Source of the DNA: Marsupella aquatica
Taxonomy: Eukaryota; Plantae; Marchantiophyta
DNA length: 64,000 nucleotides
Assembly (NCBI GenBank): GCA_973895155.1
Contig: OZ316891.1
Location: forward strand, 13,423,037-13,487,036
Direction of reading: 5' to 3'
Both the position numbers and the translations under genes were made by a program. Shown here piece by piece: positions 13,897-25,752 of the stretch. Numbering within the stretch: position 1 is the stretch's first letter; every line of letters starts with the position of its first letter. Below the pieces are notes generated by a model. The model ran no database searches, had not been told where the DNA came from, and was given only the letters and a program-made list of their open reading frames with translations.

Positions 13897-14830
13897 CTAT
13901 ACAGTCTACTCTTCCTAAGTGCACGCTCCTGGGAGGAAGCCCCGAGCCTTGCACTTACATGTGGTTTGCTAGTGATAAGCGCACATTTTCAGAGTTTGCA
14001 CTTGTAGATACGTCACACTACAATGGTTATTGCCAATGCCTTCATTCATGCCTCTTCCCTAAGCAATTGTCCGTTGTCACACAATTTTTGTACGGACTAC
14101 AAGATACTCCTGTGTACCATTTCTATAATCTCTTGCCTGGGAACTTATGATCATTAATCTTTTTCCTGATAATAATAGAGTATTATAAGATGGCTCTGGG
14201 CAGGGGTTCTAGAGTGAACCCTACTACCATAATGCTTGGAAAAGCTTCTCGGCTGCTACCAGTCAACTTTTACTCACTTTTTGGTCGTAGAGTTACAGGC
14301 TAGTAACCCCAGCCCAAACTGTGGTTATCCTATACATTTGATTGTTCTCTCTGTGCTCACTCACATTATGATTGTAATACTCAGTCTACTACTCTTCCTA
14401 AGTGTACACCAGGGCCTTGCACTTATAGATAAGTAACACTATGATTCTTCTTGCTGCTAGAAAGCCTTGACCTTCAGTCATTCCTCTTCCCCTCTGTTCC
14501 TTGTCACATTTGAGAAGTTTGGGTCCGATTTACTCCCTCCCTTGCTCACCCCTCTCACTCAAGGAGCATAAGCAAAAAGGCTTTGTAGAGAGCGAAACCA
14601 GACTCTGTGATTGTGGTATACAGTCTACTCTTTCTAAGTGCATGCTTCAAGGAAGAAGCCAGGACCTGGCACTTACACATAGTTAGCACTATGCAATAAT
14701 TAAGTGCACATGTTCAGACTTTGCACTGTCTTGTACATAGTTAAAACAGCAATTCTTCTTGTTGCTAGAGTGTGTCGGCCTTCAGACACTCCTCTTCCTT
14801 CAGTCCCTTGTCAAATTTGAGAAGTGGTAG
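13897..14830 (+). repeat. Three partial, diverged copies of a Tc1/mariner(pogo)-type MITE end
   Basis: TACAGTCTACTCTT(C/T)CTAAGTGCA...CCTTGCACTTA at ~13900, ~14381 and ~14619, related to the TIR of the element at 17448-17964. Confidence 0.5.
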
Positions 14831-17447
14831 TCTCATGTCAAGTATGATTCTCGTGCCTTCCATAAACCATTGACCTTATCCATCAGAGTTCCACATGGAA
14901 TTTTGTTCTCTTACCCACAAGTGTAAATATACCCTATAGATGGTTTTGCACTTCCATATTTATCTTTACCTGTCGTCCTCTTTGCACTTGCAAAAAGCAC
15001 AAAAATGGTCTGGGAAAAAAAGGAGATCCAGGAGAAGAACTGGAGGCCTTGCAATTAGCCAGGTGTTGCACTTATGGAGTCTGCATTGAAGAAGAGCCAA
15101 GTGTACATGGTAGGGAACCTTATTTAGTTCCCAATTTTTTTTATAACAAAGTAGTCCCATATTTTTAATACTAGCAAGACTGCCCATGCTTGGCATGCAT
15201 TATAGCGTCATTCCCTTTGGGTGTAGCAACTCAAAAATTGTTGCAATCTGAAGATAACTTCTCCATCCCCCTGCCTGCATCTTCCAATGGGAGTAGGCCG
15301 GCTTATATCAATTCGCCTTGTCTTGGATCTACTTAGTCACAAACATCCACAAGGGTAGCAATACATTGATTGCCACATAATCTCTAGATACATCATCAAA
15401 AACTTCAGCTAAATCCATGTCATCAACATTGTTTGGCAGACCATGGCCCTCCAATTCTAAGAATAGCTTCTCCATTTCTTCTGAATCAAAATTAGCAATC
15501 CTGTTAGCAATCAGCTCATCCTCTATCAGCTTACGGTTCAGATGCCAATGTTCCGGCTCCAGTAAATTTGATCAGGCTGCTACACCCTGCTGATTGGACC
15601 TGTGTTATCTTATAATTCACTACAGCTTAATTTGCTTTTTGCTTATATACTTAGATTTATTCCCTGATATATTACACACAACAAAGGCAAAAATGGGTGA
15701 GAATTTGACCCTCATCTGTTAATTTTGATGTTCATGTTTACCACATATGATTTGGATTAACCCTCACATCCAAACATCATCCTTTATCACATGTGCTATG
15801 CAGTAGTCAAACCTAAACTTGGAGCCCCTTGTGAGCTTCACTTCCAAATATTATGTATTATCACATATGCTACATTACCATGGCACCCTCTGTTTCCCTA
15901 GGTCACCCTCTATTTTCCCTGCGTACAAACAAACACACAAAAGGAACAAGAGAACTATTGTTTGTCTAGAGAGCTTGCTAGCTCAGGAGTATTATTCAGT
16001 CCCACAGACAATCTAAAAATTCATTTCTTAGGTCATGGAAATAGTAGGTACCCAGATAGGAACCTTACAAGAGGATAAGCTTTTGGTTTTGGAGACAATG
16101 ATTTGTGCTGGACTTTGAACTAGAAGTCAAATGCAAACAATCAGACCATGGCATTGATGAGCTCAGTGGTGGTTATTAGGCTTGAAAGGGAATAAAGCAA
16201 ATTGTGACAAGCCAACTCTTCAAGACAATAAATCTAGTTAGTGAAAACCTAGTGATTTTGTGGGGCTGAGTGCTTTATGTCTTGAAATGTGACTACTTGA
16301 AGACAATAACCCCCTCCTCCCCCCATTCCAGAACTTGTCTCCTGCTCAAGAGAAACTGCTGGTGACTTACAGTGAAGTATGTCTAGCAGTCCTTCTGGCA
16401 ATCCTTGCCCCTATTCAAATCTAAGTAGTTCAGTTGAGAGACATCTCTCCAACTCACCTTGGATGCGTGCCTAATTAAATAACAGTTGTCTCACCCCTAT
16501 TTGGACACATTGAACCACACTCGACGTACTTCAACTATGGGTTACCTGGGATGCTCATTGAAGAATTGTTTTCACTTACTTCCTGTGTCTGTGCTCCCCC
16601 AATGGTTGTCCAAGTGATAACTCACCTAATTTTGTCTGTCCACAGATATGGGGGATGTAGGTCACAAATTGCACATCTCACTGAGATCTATGTCCCACAA
16701 AAAAATCTCAAAAAATAACCATAAAATAATAATTTAGGAAGTTAGAATATACTGAAGAAGTGTCTGTAAGATCTTCCCTGTGTGGCCAGTTGGAACCCAA
16801 TCTGATCTGTTGAATTCAAATTTGAAATGAGTTTTGAATCTGGGCTGGTGGGAAGAGATCTTGGACATTTTTTGTTGCTTCTAACAATCTCATCCATGTG
16901 TGTCAAATGTTGATCAATCGCTCACAAGAAAGATAGCAATGTGATCAATGGCTGGACAGTTTGTTTTAAATTTAAAAATGAGTCAATATTCTTTAAAATA
17001 TAAATATATCAGAATTCTATCCACATACGGCAAAACATGAGAAAATGCCACTTAGAGCATCTCCAACGGTAGGATCAAATGAGCCTATAACCTCTAAAAA
17101 GAACATATAGGGCGAGGGATGATTTCCAAGAAGTGTCCCCTATCCCTAAATAAATTGCAGCTGGCCTCCATTTTCACAACCCTGACTTCCATATTTGGTA
17201 GACATTTTTGGCTGACACAATCATTGATATGTTTATATTTTGAACCTAGGAGAGGGACCTCTATCCCCATCAATGTCAAAGGTTCCACCACATGCAAAAA
17301 ATTCCTAGATATGCTTAGATTTCTGAACCTAGGTATGACAACATCAGTTTGGAGAAGACGAAGGTCAAATTCAATACTAGGGCTTTTTGAATTTCTTGGC
17401 CTCATAATTGCTACATTTCTGGTCTAGAGGTCATTGACCCCTTAATA

Positions 17448-17964
17448 CAGTCTACCGTGAATAAGTGCAGTGTGTATAACTGCATTCCTTGGGATGCAAT
17501 GCAATGGGTCAGGCAATGATGGACCTGGGGCTGAAGGTGCAGTGGCATCACATCACATATAAAGCTTGATGTGCATTTACTAGAAACGTTATAATACAGA
17601 AAATTCTTTTGTAAATGCACCAAAAAATGTCATCTGTGAATTCAGGTTGCCCATCACTAAATGACAGGTACATCAGGGCATTTCTGTCTATAAGTGTACA
17701 GATGCATTAATCAATTACTGCAACACTTATATTAGAAGCATTTATTGATAAGTGCATCTGACAACTACAGATTGTAGATTCATGCACTTATCCAGCTGAA
17801 TTGTGCACTACAAGGATTCTGGGTATGAGAAGTCTATAAGTATGACCTGACATGATATGCACTTATTGGAAAGTGCAACATGCACTTATGATGAAATGCA
17901 TAACTTGGATAGTTGCAGGCTTGGGGTGTCTTCTCTGGAACCTGCACTAAAACACGGTAGACTG
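17448..17964. mobile_element. Tc1/mariner (pogo-like) MITE with TA target duplication
   Basis: TIR CAGTCTACCGTGAATAAGTGCAG versus reverse complement of the right end CAGTCTACCGTGTTTTAGTGCAG. TA at 17446-17447 and 17965-17966. No ORF. Confidence 0.75.
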
Positions 17965-18498
17965 TAGGTGGGTCTAGAGGTCATTGACCCCTAACCTGCA
18001 CATAAACGCGGTAGACTGTAGTTGGGTCTAGAGGTCATTGACCCCTAAACGTTTGGAGATACTCTAAACCCCTTATTAGGCGAGTAATCACCAACAAATT
18101 GCCGAAGAGGTGACAGTATTCTCTACGCTCCTTAGGATTCAGTTGACCGGGAAAAGGCCATTGCAAAGTTTGGCAAAGCACTACAGTTACTCAACGAAGA
18201 GAAGAGAAGAGGACTCGAATAGAGTGACAACTCGAACCTCGAACACACTGCTAACAAAATTGGAAGCAATTTACATGCATTTCTGTCTCGTCCAGACAAT
18301 CGTTCTCCACCCCGTACTAATTCATGACTGTAAGGTCATGTACAATGTAATAGGAAAGCTGAAGGTTCCATTCTTCTTTCGAGAAATTAGCTGATTGGAT
18401 TGAAATTTCCACTGCTTCAATGGACGAAGGGCTCGAGCGTCATTATACCTCGTTCCACGATTTGCGCATTAGGGTTCGTTGACGGTAGACTTGGTCTG

Positions 18499-21400
18499 AT
18501 GATGGGCGGAGGCAATATTATGCTGGGAGATGGAAAGCATGGCGTTGAGGTGGTGGAGGCATCTCCTCCTGCTCTTCCTCCTCTCCCTCCCCCTCCCCCT
18601 CCCCTACCTGGCGAGCAGTCTCACAGAGGAGGAGAACCAATTTCTGCTGGTCTTGGTGTCGATTACTCTTTTCCTCCGTATCTCGAGTAAGACACAGTTT
18701 ACTTTTTCCCAGATGCTTTGCTGTGTCTTTCCTTTCAGTTTCACTGAATGAATTCAGTCCTACAAGGTGACCAGTGACCTTAGTTGGACTCTCATTGTTA
18801 AACGCAACATAATTTGTGTGTTACCCCTTTCGTACCTGATAGTCCTGTTTCTAGGTGTTCCCAAGAATTTTAATCTGGATGGGTATCTTTGTGTTTGGAT
18901 CCTTAAACTTGTATCATTGATTGTTTATTCTCTTTTTGTAAGCTTTTACATTCTATCGCATTGAGTTTTGTGATGGTTGTCATTTGTTCATTTCGTAAGG
19001 TCTCAGTCGATGTCGTCAGACCTTGTGTTGTTTCAAAAACTTGCTTAGTGAGTGCCACCTGTCTTCATCGGGAGCAGTGTAGCAGTATAAATATGCTTGG
19101 ACCACTATTCCTGTCTTTCTTCGTGTTCGCGCGCAATTTTTCGTTGTATGAACCGCCAACTGTGAAAGGGTTTTCATGGCAGGTACGCCTATCCCCCACC
19201 TGATGGAAATATTTTGACAAACATCGTTAACGCCCTTATTGCGGTGCCTCGGTTTTACACACAGGTACACATCGCCCTTGTCATGCATTTGGACCGACAT
19301 TGATGTACTTCGCTTAGGTCAACTATTACCCAGCATTACTTTCCTGAAGTCGTTCATTTTGTCTTTCTTCCGCTTTTCTATTTTTTCTTTTCACTTTTGC
19401 TATGACTGTTGTGATGTATTATCCGATGCAGTAGTACTCTTGTGCACCGTATTATTCGATTTCTCCATACAGCTGGATCTTTTGTTGCAGGGTTGCCATG
19501 ATGGTCATTCCTGTTCGCAACCAGCTATTTGGTCTCAGCACGAAGTGTCCGCTTAGAGCATTGCTAAGTACTGCTAAAGTTGTATTTAACGAATTTATGC
19601 AGGTGTTGCATTTAATGAACAAAATGAATCTGCCAGCCCCCTTTCGACCGGCCTTGCCAACCCCTCCTCTTCCTCCTCCTGCTCCAGCTCAAGCTATTCC
19701 TAAGCGTCAAGCAGGAGACTTATCAAGTGGGGAGTCGGAACTTGAATCGTCTGACGAGGTCGGTCCTGTTATTTGTGAGATGATCTTTGTATGGCACATG
19801 TGCGTCCTTGTCCTATTTCAGAGGTCGCTCATGGAAAGTTGTTACGATCCACATTAGGCTTAATGGTCATCCTCCAAATTCACAGGTTGGTAGCAGGAAA
19901 ATTATATAAGATATTCTGAAATACGTATTTATACTTTTCCTTTTGTCTACCTCAGGAGGACGAGACTGATCCCAATGATTTTGATGGTAAGCTCATGGGA
20001 GTTGAGAAACCAAGCAGGAGGATTGCCCAACCCAAAAAGCGAGCAAAGAGAGAGGCCATTTTAGGCCCAGCTGTGGACAAGGGAGCGTCACATGAGGCTG
20101 CAGGTGTCAAGGCCATTGTCGTTCCTAAAGCACCAACTGCAATCAAGAAGAACGCTCCTGTATTGCAGGTGAATGCAATAGATCTGTATTGGTGAACTGA
20201 AGCGTTCCTTTATCCGATACTGCTATCATCTCACGCCGTTGGTCAGAGTGTTCTAGAAGTTTGAACCGTGGTAATTTTGAAGTTCAAATGCCTTTCTTTT
20301 GTACTTACTTTGACAATGTCTTGCCTATTGGGCTGTCGTCTTTGCGTATAGCTTTCTTGAGTGAAGGAAGATCATACCAGATTTTCCGATTTGCTTTCGT
20401 TGATGGTCTGAATGATCTGATTGGGCCTTTCAATTGTAGTTCAAGATTGCTCCAAAAAGCTCAACCAGTGACATAGGGACAGGCACGAGCAAAGGAGAAG
20501 AGGCAAGCCAAGCAGAACCTCCGGAAGCACACGAGCAACTGGCAACGGCATCAAGAGAAGAATTGGAGGCTGGAAGGCTTCAGACTTCAGACATGCTGTC
20601 CCTTCCTATTCTCAAGGTCCAATTCACATCTTTTTTGCGTGAGATACACTTTGAAGTTGGTCAGGTACCTTGAAAAAGGATGTACAGTCTTACCTTTTGA
20701 TCGTGTGCCACTCTGGCGAAGATGAATCTTGATTTTGTTCAATTTCTTTAAACGTAGTACTACTTTTGACAAGTGGACACTGGACTGGGAGCTTTATCTG
20801 AAGAATTCAGTGGAACTGAACTGAAATGCTCACTGGCTCAAGTACTCGCTAGCTTGATGACACTGCGTCCACTGCATGGAATCAGAGGACCATCATTTCA
20901 TAAAAATCTCATGACTTTCTGCAGCTGCATGCGATTTGGAATTCTGTACTCCTCGGTGCTTGTCCAGTCGAGTCTACAGTGTACTTAAGATCATCAGTTG
21001 AATTTGTAGAAGTATGCCCGGGGAAATCCTACGCCAGTCCTGTACATCAAAAACTTGGCCAAAGATGTGACACCGGATGATATGTATTACATATTTGGTG
21101 AGTTGTCATACGGTCCCTGAAATGATTGTGTGCCAGAAGCTCTTGTGATGGTCGACCTGGAGCTTTGTTTGTTAAGTTGAGGTCTCGCATTGAATTCTAA
21201 CTGAAATTATACCACTGAATTGGAGCTTTCTATATATGATGCCATCAGACAATGGATGTTTTATAGCCCTTTATGCCAATGAATAATTGTTCTCTTACAG
21301 GTGCATTTTTCCCGAATAGAACTACGGCTGTGGAGCAATTGAATGTCAAGGTTATGCAGGTATTTGGAATTTTCATCCCGGAACGTTTGCTGCCTACGTG

Positions 21401-22087
21401 GAGCTCTTTTTCTCAAAGGTCTGATAAATTGAAGTCTTCAAAGGAAAGCTGGACTCGACTTTAATTAACTTACATTGTCAAATTCAGGTCTCTTCCTCAT
21501 TAATTCCATTTTGGAACTGAATTCTGAAACTGTAATGATGCAGGAGGGCCGGATGAGAGGTCAAGCATTTGTCTGTCTGCCTACCACAGAGCTTGCCCTG
21601 GTTGCCCTCGTAAGTTTGCTATCTCTCGCTGTTGGTCCCTTTGGTCCAAGCTAAACATTATTTCTGAGTGCTTTGATGGAACTTTGAATGCTCAGTGAGG
21701 TTCACGATCGCGACTGGATGTAGACAAGCACTTTAGTATTAGGCCTAGTATTTATTTCTTAATTTATTTTGGTTTTTCATGTTTCTATTGGTTGAAGCTA
21801 ACCGTTTTACGTATGTTGCACGTTGAACCTACAAGTGCCTTTGACCATTCTTCAAAACACATCTGAACGCCTTAAAGTCACGAATGCATAGATGAAATGA
21901 CGTGTTTCACTTATTCGGTTATGAGAGCGATCTTCTCCCCATAGGGATGGCTTTGGTGGTTTGCAATTTTCTGACAAGGTTTTGCATCGTGCAGGCAGGA
22001 ACGCATGGCTTCGTTTTCAAAGGCAAGCCAATGGTCGTGCAATTTGGTCGCAATGAGGGGATTGCGAAGACTTTGTCATCCGCCTGA
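18499..22087 (+). CDS. RNPC3: U11/U12 snRNP 65-kDa protein (RNPC3-like), minor spliceosome, about 9 coding exons
   Basis: Spliced peptide GLGVDYSFPPYLE|YAYPPPDGNILTNIVNALIAVPRFYTQ|VLHLMNKMNLPAPFRPALPTPPLPPP...SSGESELESSDE. C-terminal RRM with RNP2 LYIKNL (~21037), RNP1 GRMRGQAFV (~21547) and KGKPMVVQFGR. Stop TGA 22085-22087. Introns are GT-AG and phases are consistent. Confidence 0.9.
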
Positions 22088-23297
22088 GCTGTTGATTTAT
22101 GCTCTACCACACTCGGACGACTAATCCGCAAAGTTTAATTAGACTTCCAACTCATTGGTTTGTTCTTCTAAAAACACAGGGTTCAACAATTCTTAGCAAG
22201 CGTAAGTAAGTTAGTCTCTGGGGACTTTGGTAGGTTGGCTATGCAATCTTCTGAGGTAAACTGCACAATTTTCTAGGTAGCAGTTGTGGGTTTGGGGTTT
22301 CGGATGTGCGAACCTATATGGCACGCCAGTGTTGCGGCAGAATTGATCAGACTGCAGGGTGAGCATCTTGTGGTGGAAAAGGAGAGTTTAGGGATAGATC
22401 TGCTTCATCTGCCCAAGTTGGTGGGGAGCAAGTTGTTTATGCGAAGTGGGTACAGAAGAATATTGTTACTCCCTCAAGGGAGGTTTAAGCTCCCATTGGA
22501 TGGAAAACCTCAACATTTGCCTCATAGAATGACGGGGCGTACAAGGCTTGTGGATACCTGCGGAGCTCGCTGTGGTTGGCGACTATCAGGGCATTCAGGG
22601 GTGAACGGGGAGGTGTGCGACCTTCACGGTGTATATGGTGGGCAATTTCAACTCTGTTCGAGTCAGGAAACTGGCCATAGAAGGTCGAATGTGACATAAT
22701 CTGATAGGTTTTTGCTGCAGAGTAAAGCATCCCATCCGAGCTTCTTAGAACATCTGCTCCATCCTACTGGAGTGATAATATCCCATCCCAGTCTAAAACC
22801 TTCATGGGACATCCCTTGGAAGCTTAAACCCTTCCCTTCAAGGAGTATGATCGCTAATTTCATGATCGTCACTAATTTTGGGAGTAAATGTCCATGATCT
22901 CACGTAGTTATGAGTCTTGTGAGGAATAAGAGCACACAGAACAATGTCTGAAATATGTTACTCTGAAGCATATATCCACTCTCCCATATCTATGCTTGCA
23001 GTCCCCTTCCAAACTCAGGTCTACTCGCTTGTTTAAGACTAACTTCCTATGACCAACCTTAATCAGCAAAGTTTTGTCTTATTGGCCCAACGTGGTAGGA
23101 CCACCCTTAAGCAGCAAAGTTTTGTCTTATTTAGCAGTGTTGTCTTATTTAGGTTTTTTGATTTGGAGATAGGGCTTGGGAAGTAGGGGATCACCCGCCG
23201 GCCATATACAAGGGGGGAGAGTCCAAGACATTTCCCCATATTCCATTCACTTTTCTCCTCCACCATGCCAGTTTGCTCCATGATTTTAAGGAAAAAA

Positions 23298-23411
23298 TTA
23301 CTTTTAATGGTACCCATGGGTTGTGAAGGGTTTAAGCATCAGGCAAACAAGTTACTTTTAATGGTACCCATGGGTTGTGAAGGGCAATTGTGGTTTAAGC
23401 ATCAGGCAAAC
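23298..23411. repeat. Short direct duplication (~55 bp)
   Basis: TTACTTTTAATGGTACCCATGGGTTGTGAAGGG...TTTAAGCATCAGGCAAAC occurs twice; the second copy has a 10-bp insertion. Confidence 0.8.
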
Positions 23412-25752
23412 GCCTCAGATTTTTCTCAGATGTAGTACCCTACAAATTCTACTAAGATGTCCTCATCAGACTTTTTGAAATATGAATCTTACTTCATGAA
23501 CTTTTGCATCGAGATGGAAAGATTTATTGCATGTCAGAAATGTCGCTGCTGGACCTGTGGACAAGGTCAATTTCGGAACAGATTCACCTGTTTGACTTAT
23601 ATCTACACAAATTCTTAATTCCAGGAAGAGTTCAATGACCTAAAAATTAGCGCTTGTCAGGATATATTTTGACAGACTGTCATTCCCAGCATCCCGCCAC
23701 AGCCAGCCACAACTTGCAATTTATTGCCCAAAGTTATATGAGACTGCAACTGCTTAGTTAGGTTAGCTTTTGACATGGACGCGGGAAGAGTTGACAGGAG
23801 TCTCAGGAGCATGCAATATGCTCCTAAAGAGTGACAAGAGCCAAAACAAGCACTCACATTCCAGAGAGAAGAAGCATCCAATGTGCAGTTATTTACTTGT
23901 TTTCTCCCCTTCATTGGGTCTCCTGTTCCTTGCCCAAGTGATGATTTCTTCACACTTATTATGGGGTTTCCCCCTGTTTTTCTCCCCTCCTTGGGTCTCT
24001 TAAGGGATGGTGTCTCCACATTTATTGTGGGTTTTTTTTCCCATGTTTTCTCCCCATTGTTGGGTATCTTGCTTGAATGATTGTGTCTCCACAGTTATCA
24101 TGTTATTCTGGTGTTACCTTGATGAGACTACTCAAGTTACTTTGTCTGATTTTTTATTTTTTATTTGTAATTTGATTTCTTTATCGTTGCAGTTGTTTAA
24201 CTTAAAGAATATTGCTTTGTCTATTACCTAGAAACCATAGTAAATAGTTTTTTAATACCATTTGGGGAGATATCATACCATAGTAAAGAGTTTTTTAATA
24301 CCATTTGGCAAAGATTGCTTAAAGTTGGAGTAACTTTATGGTGGTCTCCCTTGTTTTCTCCTCTTTATTGAGTTGAGTGCCAAAGGGGTTATGTGTCCTC
24401 ACTTATTGTGGGTTTGGGTCTCTTGCCCAAGGAATTGTGTTTCCCGCACTTAAGGTGAATTTATACTTGTTTTCTGGTCTCTTGTGAACTTTTCCTTAGT
24501 TTTCTGTTGAGTCTCTAGCCTAGAGATCGTGTCTCTCGCCCTTAGTCCCTTTTGGTTTTTGGAAGTGGTTTCAAAATGCTCCAAAAGAACCCAGCAAAAA
24601 GCCTTAAAGTGCCACTCTTCATGCCAAAACCTGGTTTCATCATTTTTAGTATCCTTTTCCTGAAATTGTGGAGCACTCTCCAACCTGGTTTCATCATGTT
24701 TAGTATTGTTCTCCTGAAGTCGTGGAGTCCTACCATTTTTAGTATTTTTTTCCTCAAATTGTGTTTTTTCCTCAAATTGTGGAGAAAAGTCTCACCCTAG
24801 AGAAGGAAAATGTGAAAAAGAGAAAAATGTGAAAAAGTGAATCTTGGACACTTCTCCTTTTATATGGAGAACAGGTGGTTTTCCTTTTATGTGGAGGACA
24901 GGGGTGGTTTAACGTGAAGACAACCGTTTGGCTTTCCGTTTCGCTTTCTCCACGGGTAAGAAAGCCGTACAACCAGCCTCATTCTCAGGCTCCAAATAAT
25001 GTTTACTTATAATAGCTGAAAGCGAGGCCGCCTCGCTACCAAAATATCCCTGGTTAGTGTAAAATGAGAATCGCCATCTTTACATACTCGGTGGAAAAAT
25101 AGAACATACTAGTTCGAAACAGTCTTGAAAAAAATAGCGTTTCTTTTTGAGTTTTGACGGTAAAAATTTTCAGGTGACAAGTTTGAAAAATTTTCGTGAA
25201 TCGGGGACCAAAACCTCAGTGCAGCCGAACAGCAGCCTGCGCTGAGCCTTACATGAATTTCAGCCAGGTTGCTGGCGGCGATTAACTAACTGAGGCCAAC
25301 CAGATACTGGATCGTGCCATTACATCACACCACTTATTAAAAGTTCGCTTTAACCAGAGATAGACTTCAAAGTGATTTGATCCTTGAAATCATCACATGA
25401 GGAACTCAAGCTCTACGAGGATGGCACGTTTGTAGCTAGTTCCGTGTCCACGGTTACACTCTATGGGTACCACGCAACCAGGACAATCATGTCAACAATT
25501 TCAGTTCTCTTCCTCTAAGAATGAATGTGCTCATCTCCATATTCTCAGATGCCAAGACATCCCATCATTCAGTGATCGATGATCCTTGAACTTCTGCAGA
25601 CTGTACAAGCTAAGAAAACGAGCTGCTCTAAAATCAGCTTGCCTGCTTCTAGTCATCAAAACAAATTCCCCGCAGTAAAAAAATCTCAGATAGTGAACAA
25701 GGCTTCTGAGCACATGTAAGAAATCGTATCAGACCCTGTAGCATTGAATAGC

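Noticed and set aside
22200-22900. Cluster of 60-137 aa ORFs downstream of RNPC3
   Set aside because: No RT, transposase or other motif found in any frame examined.
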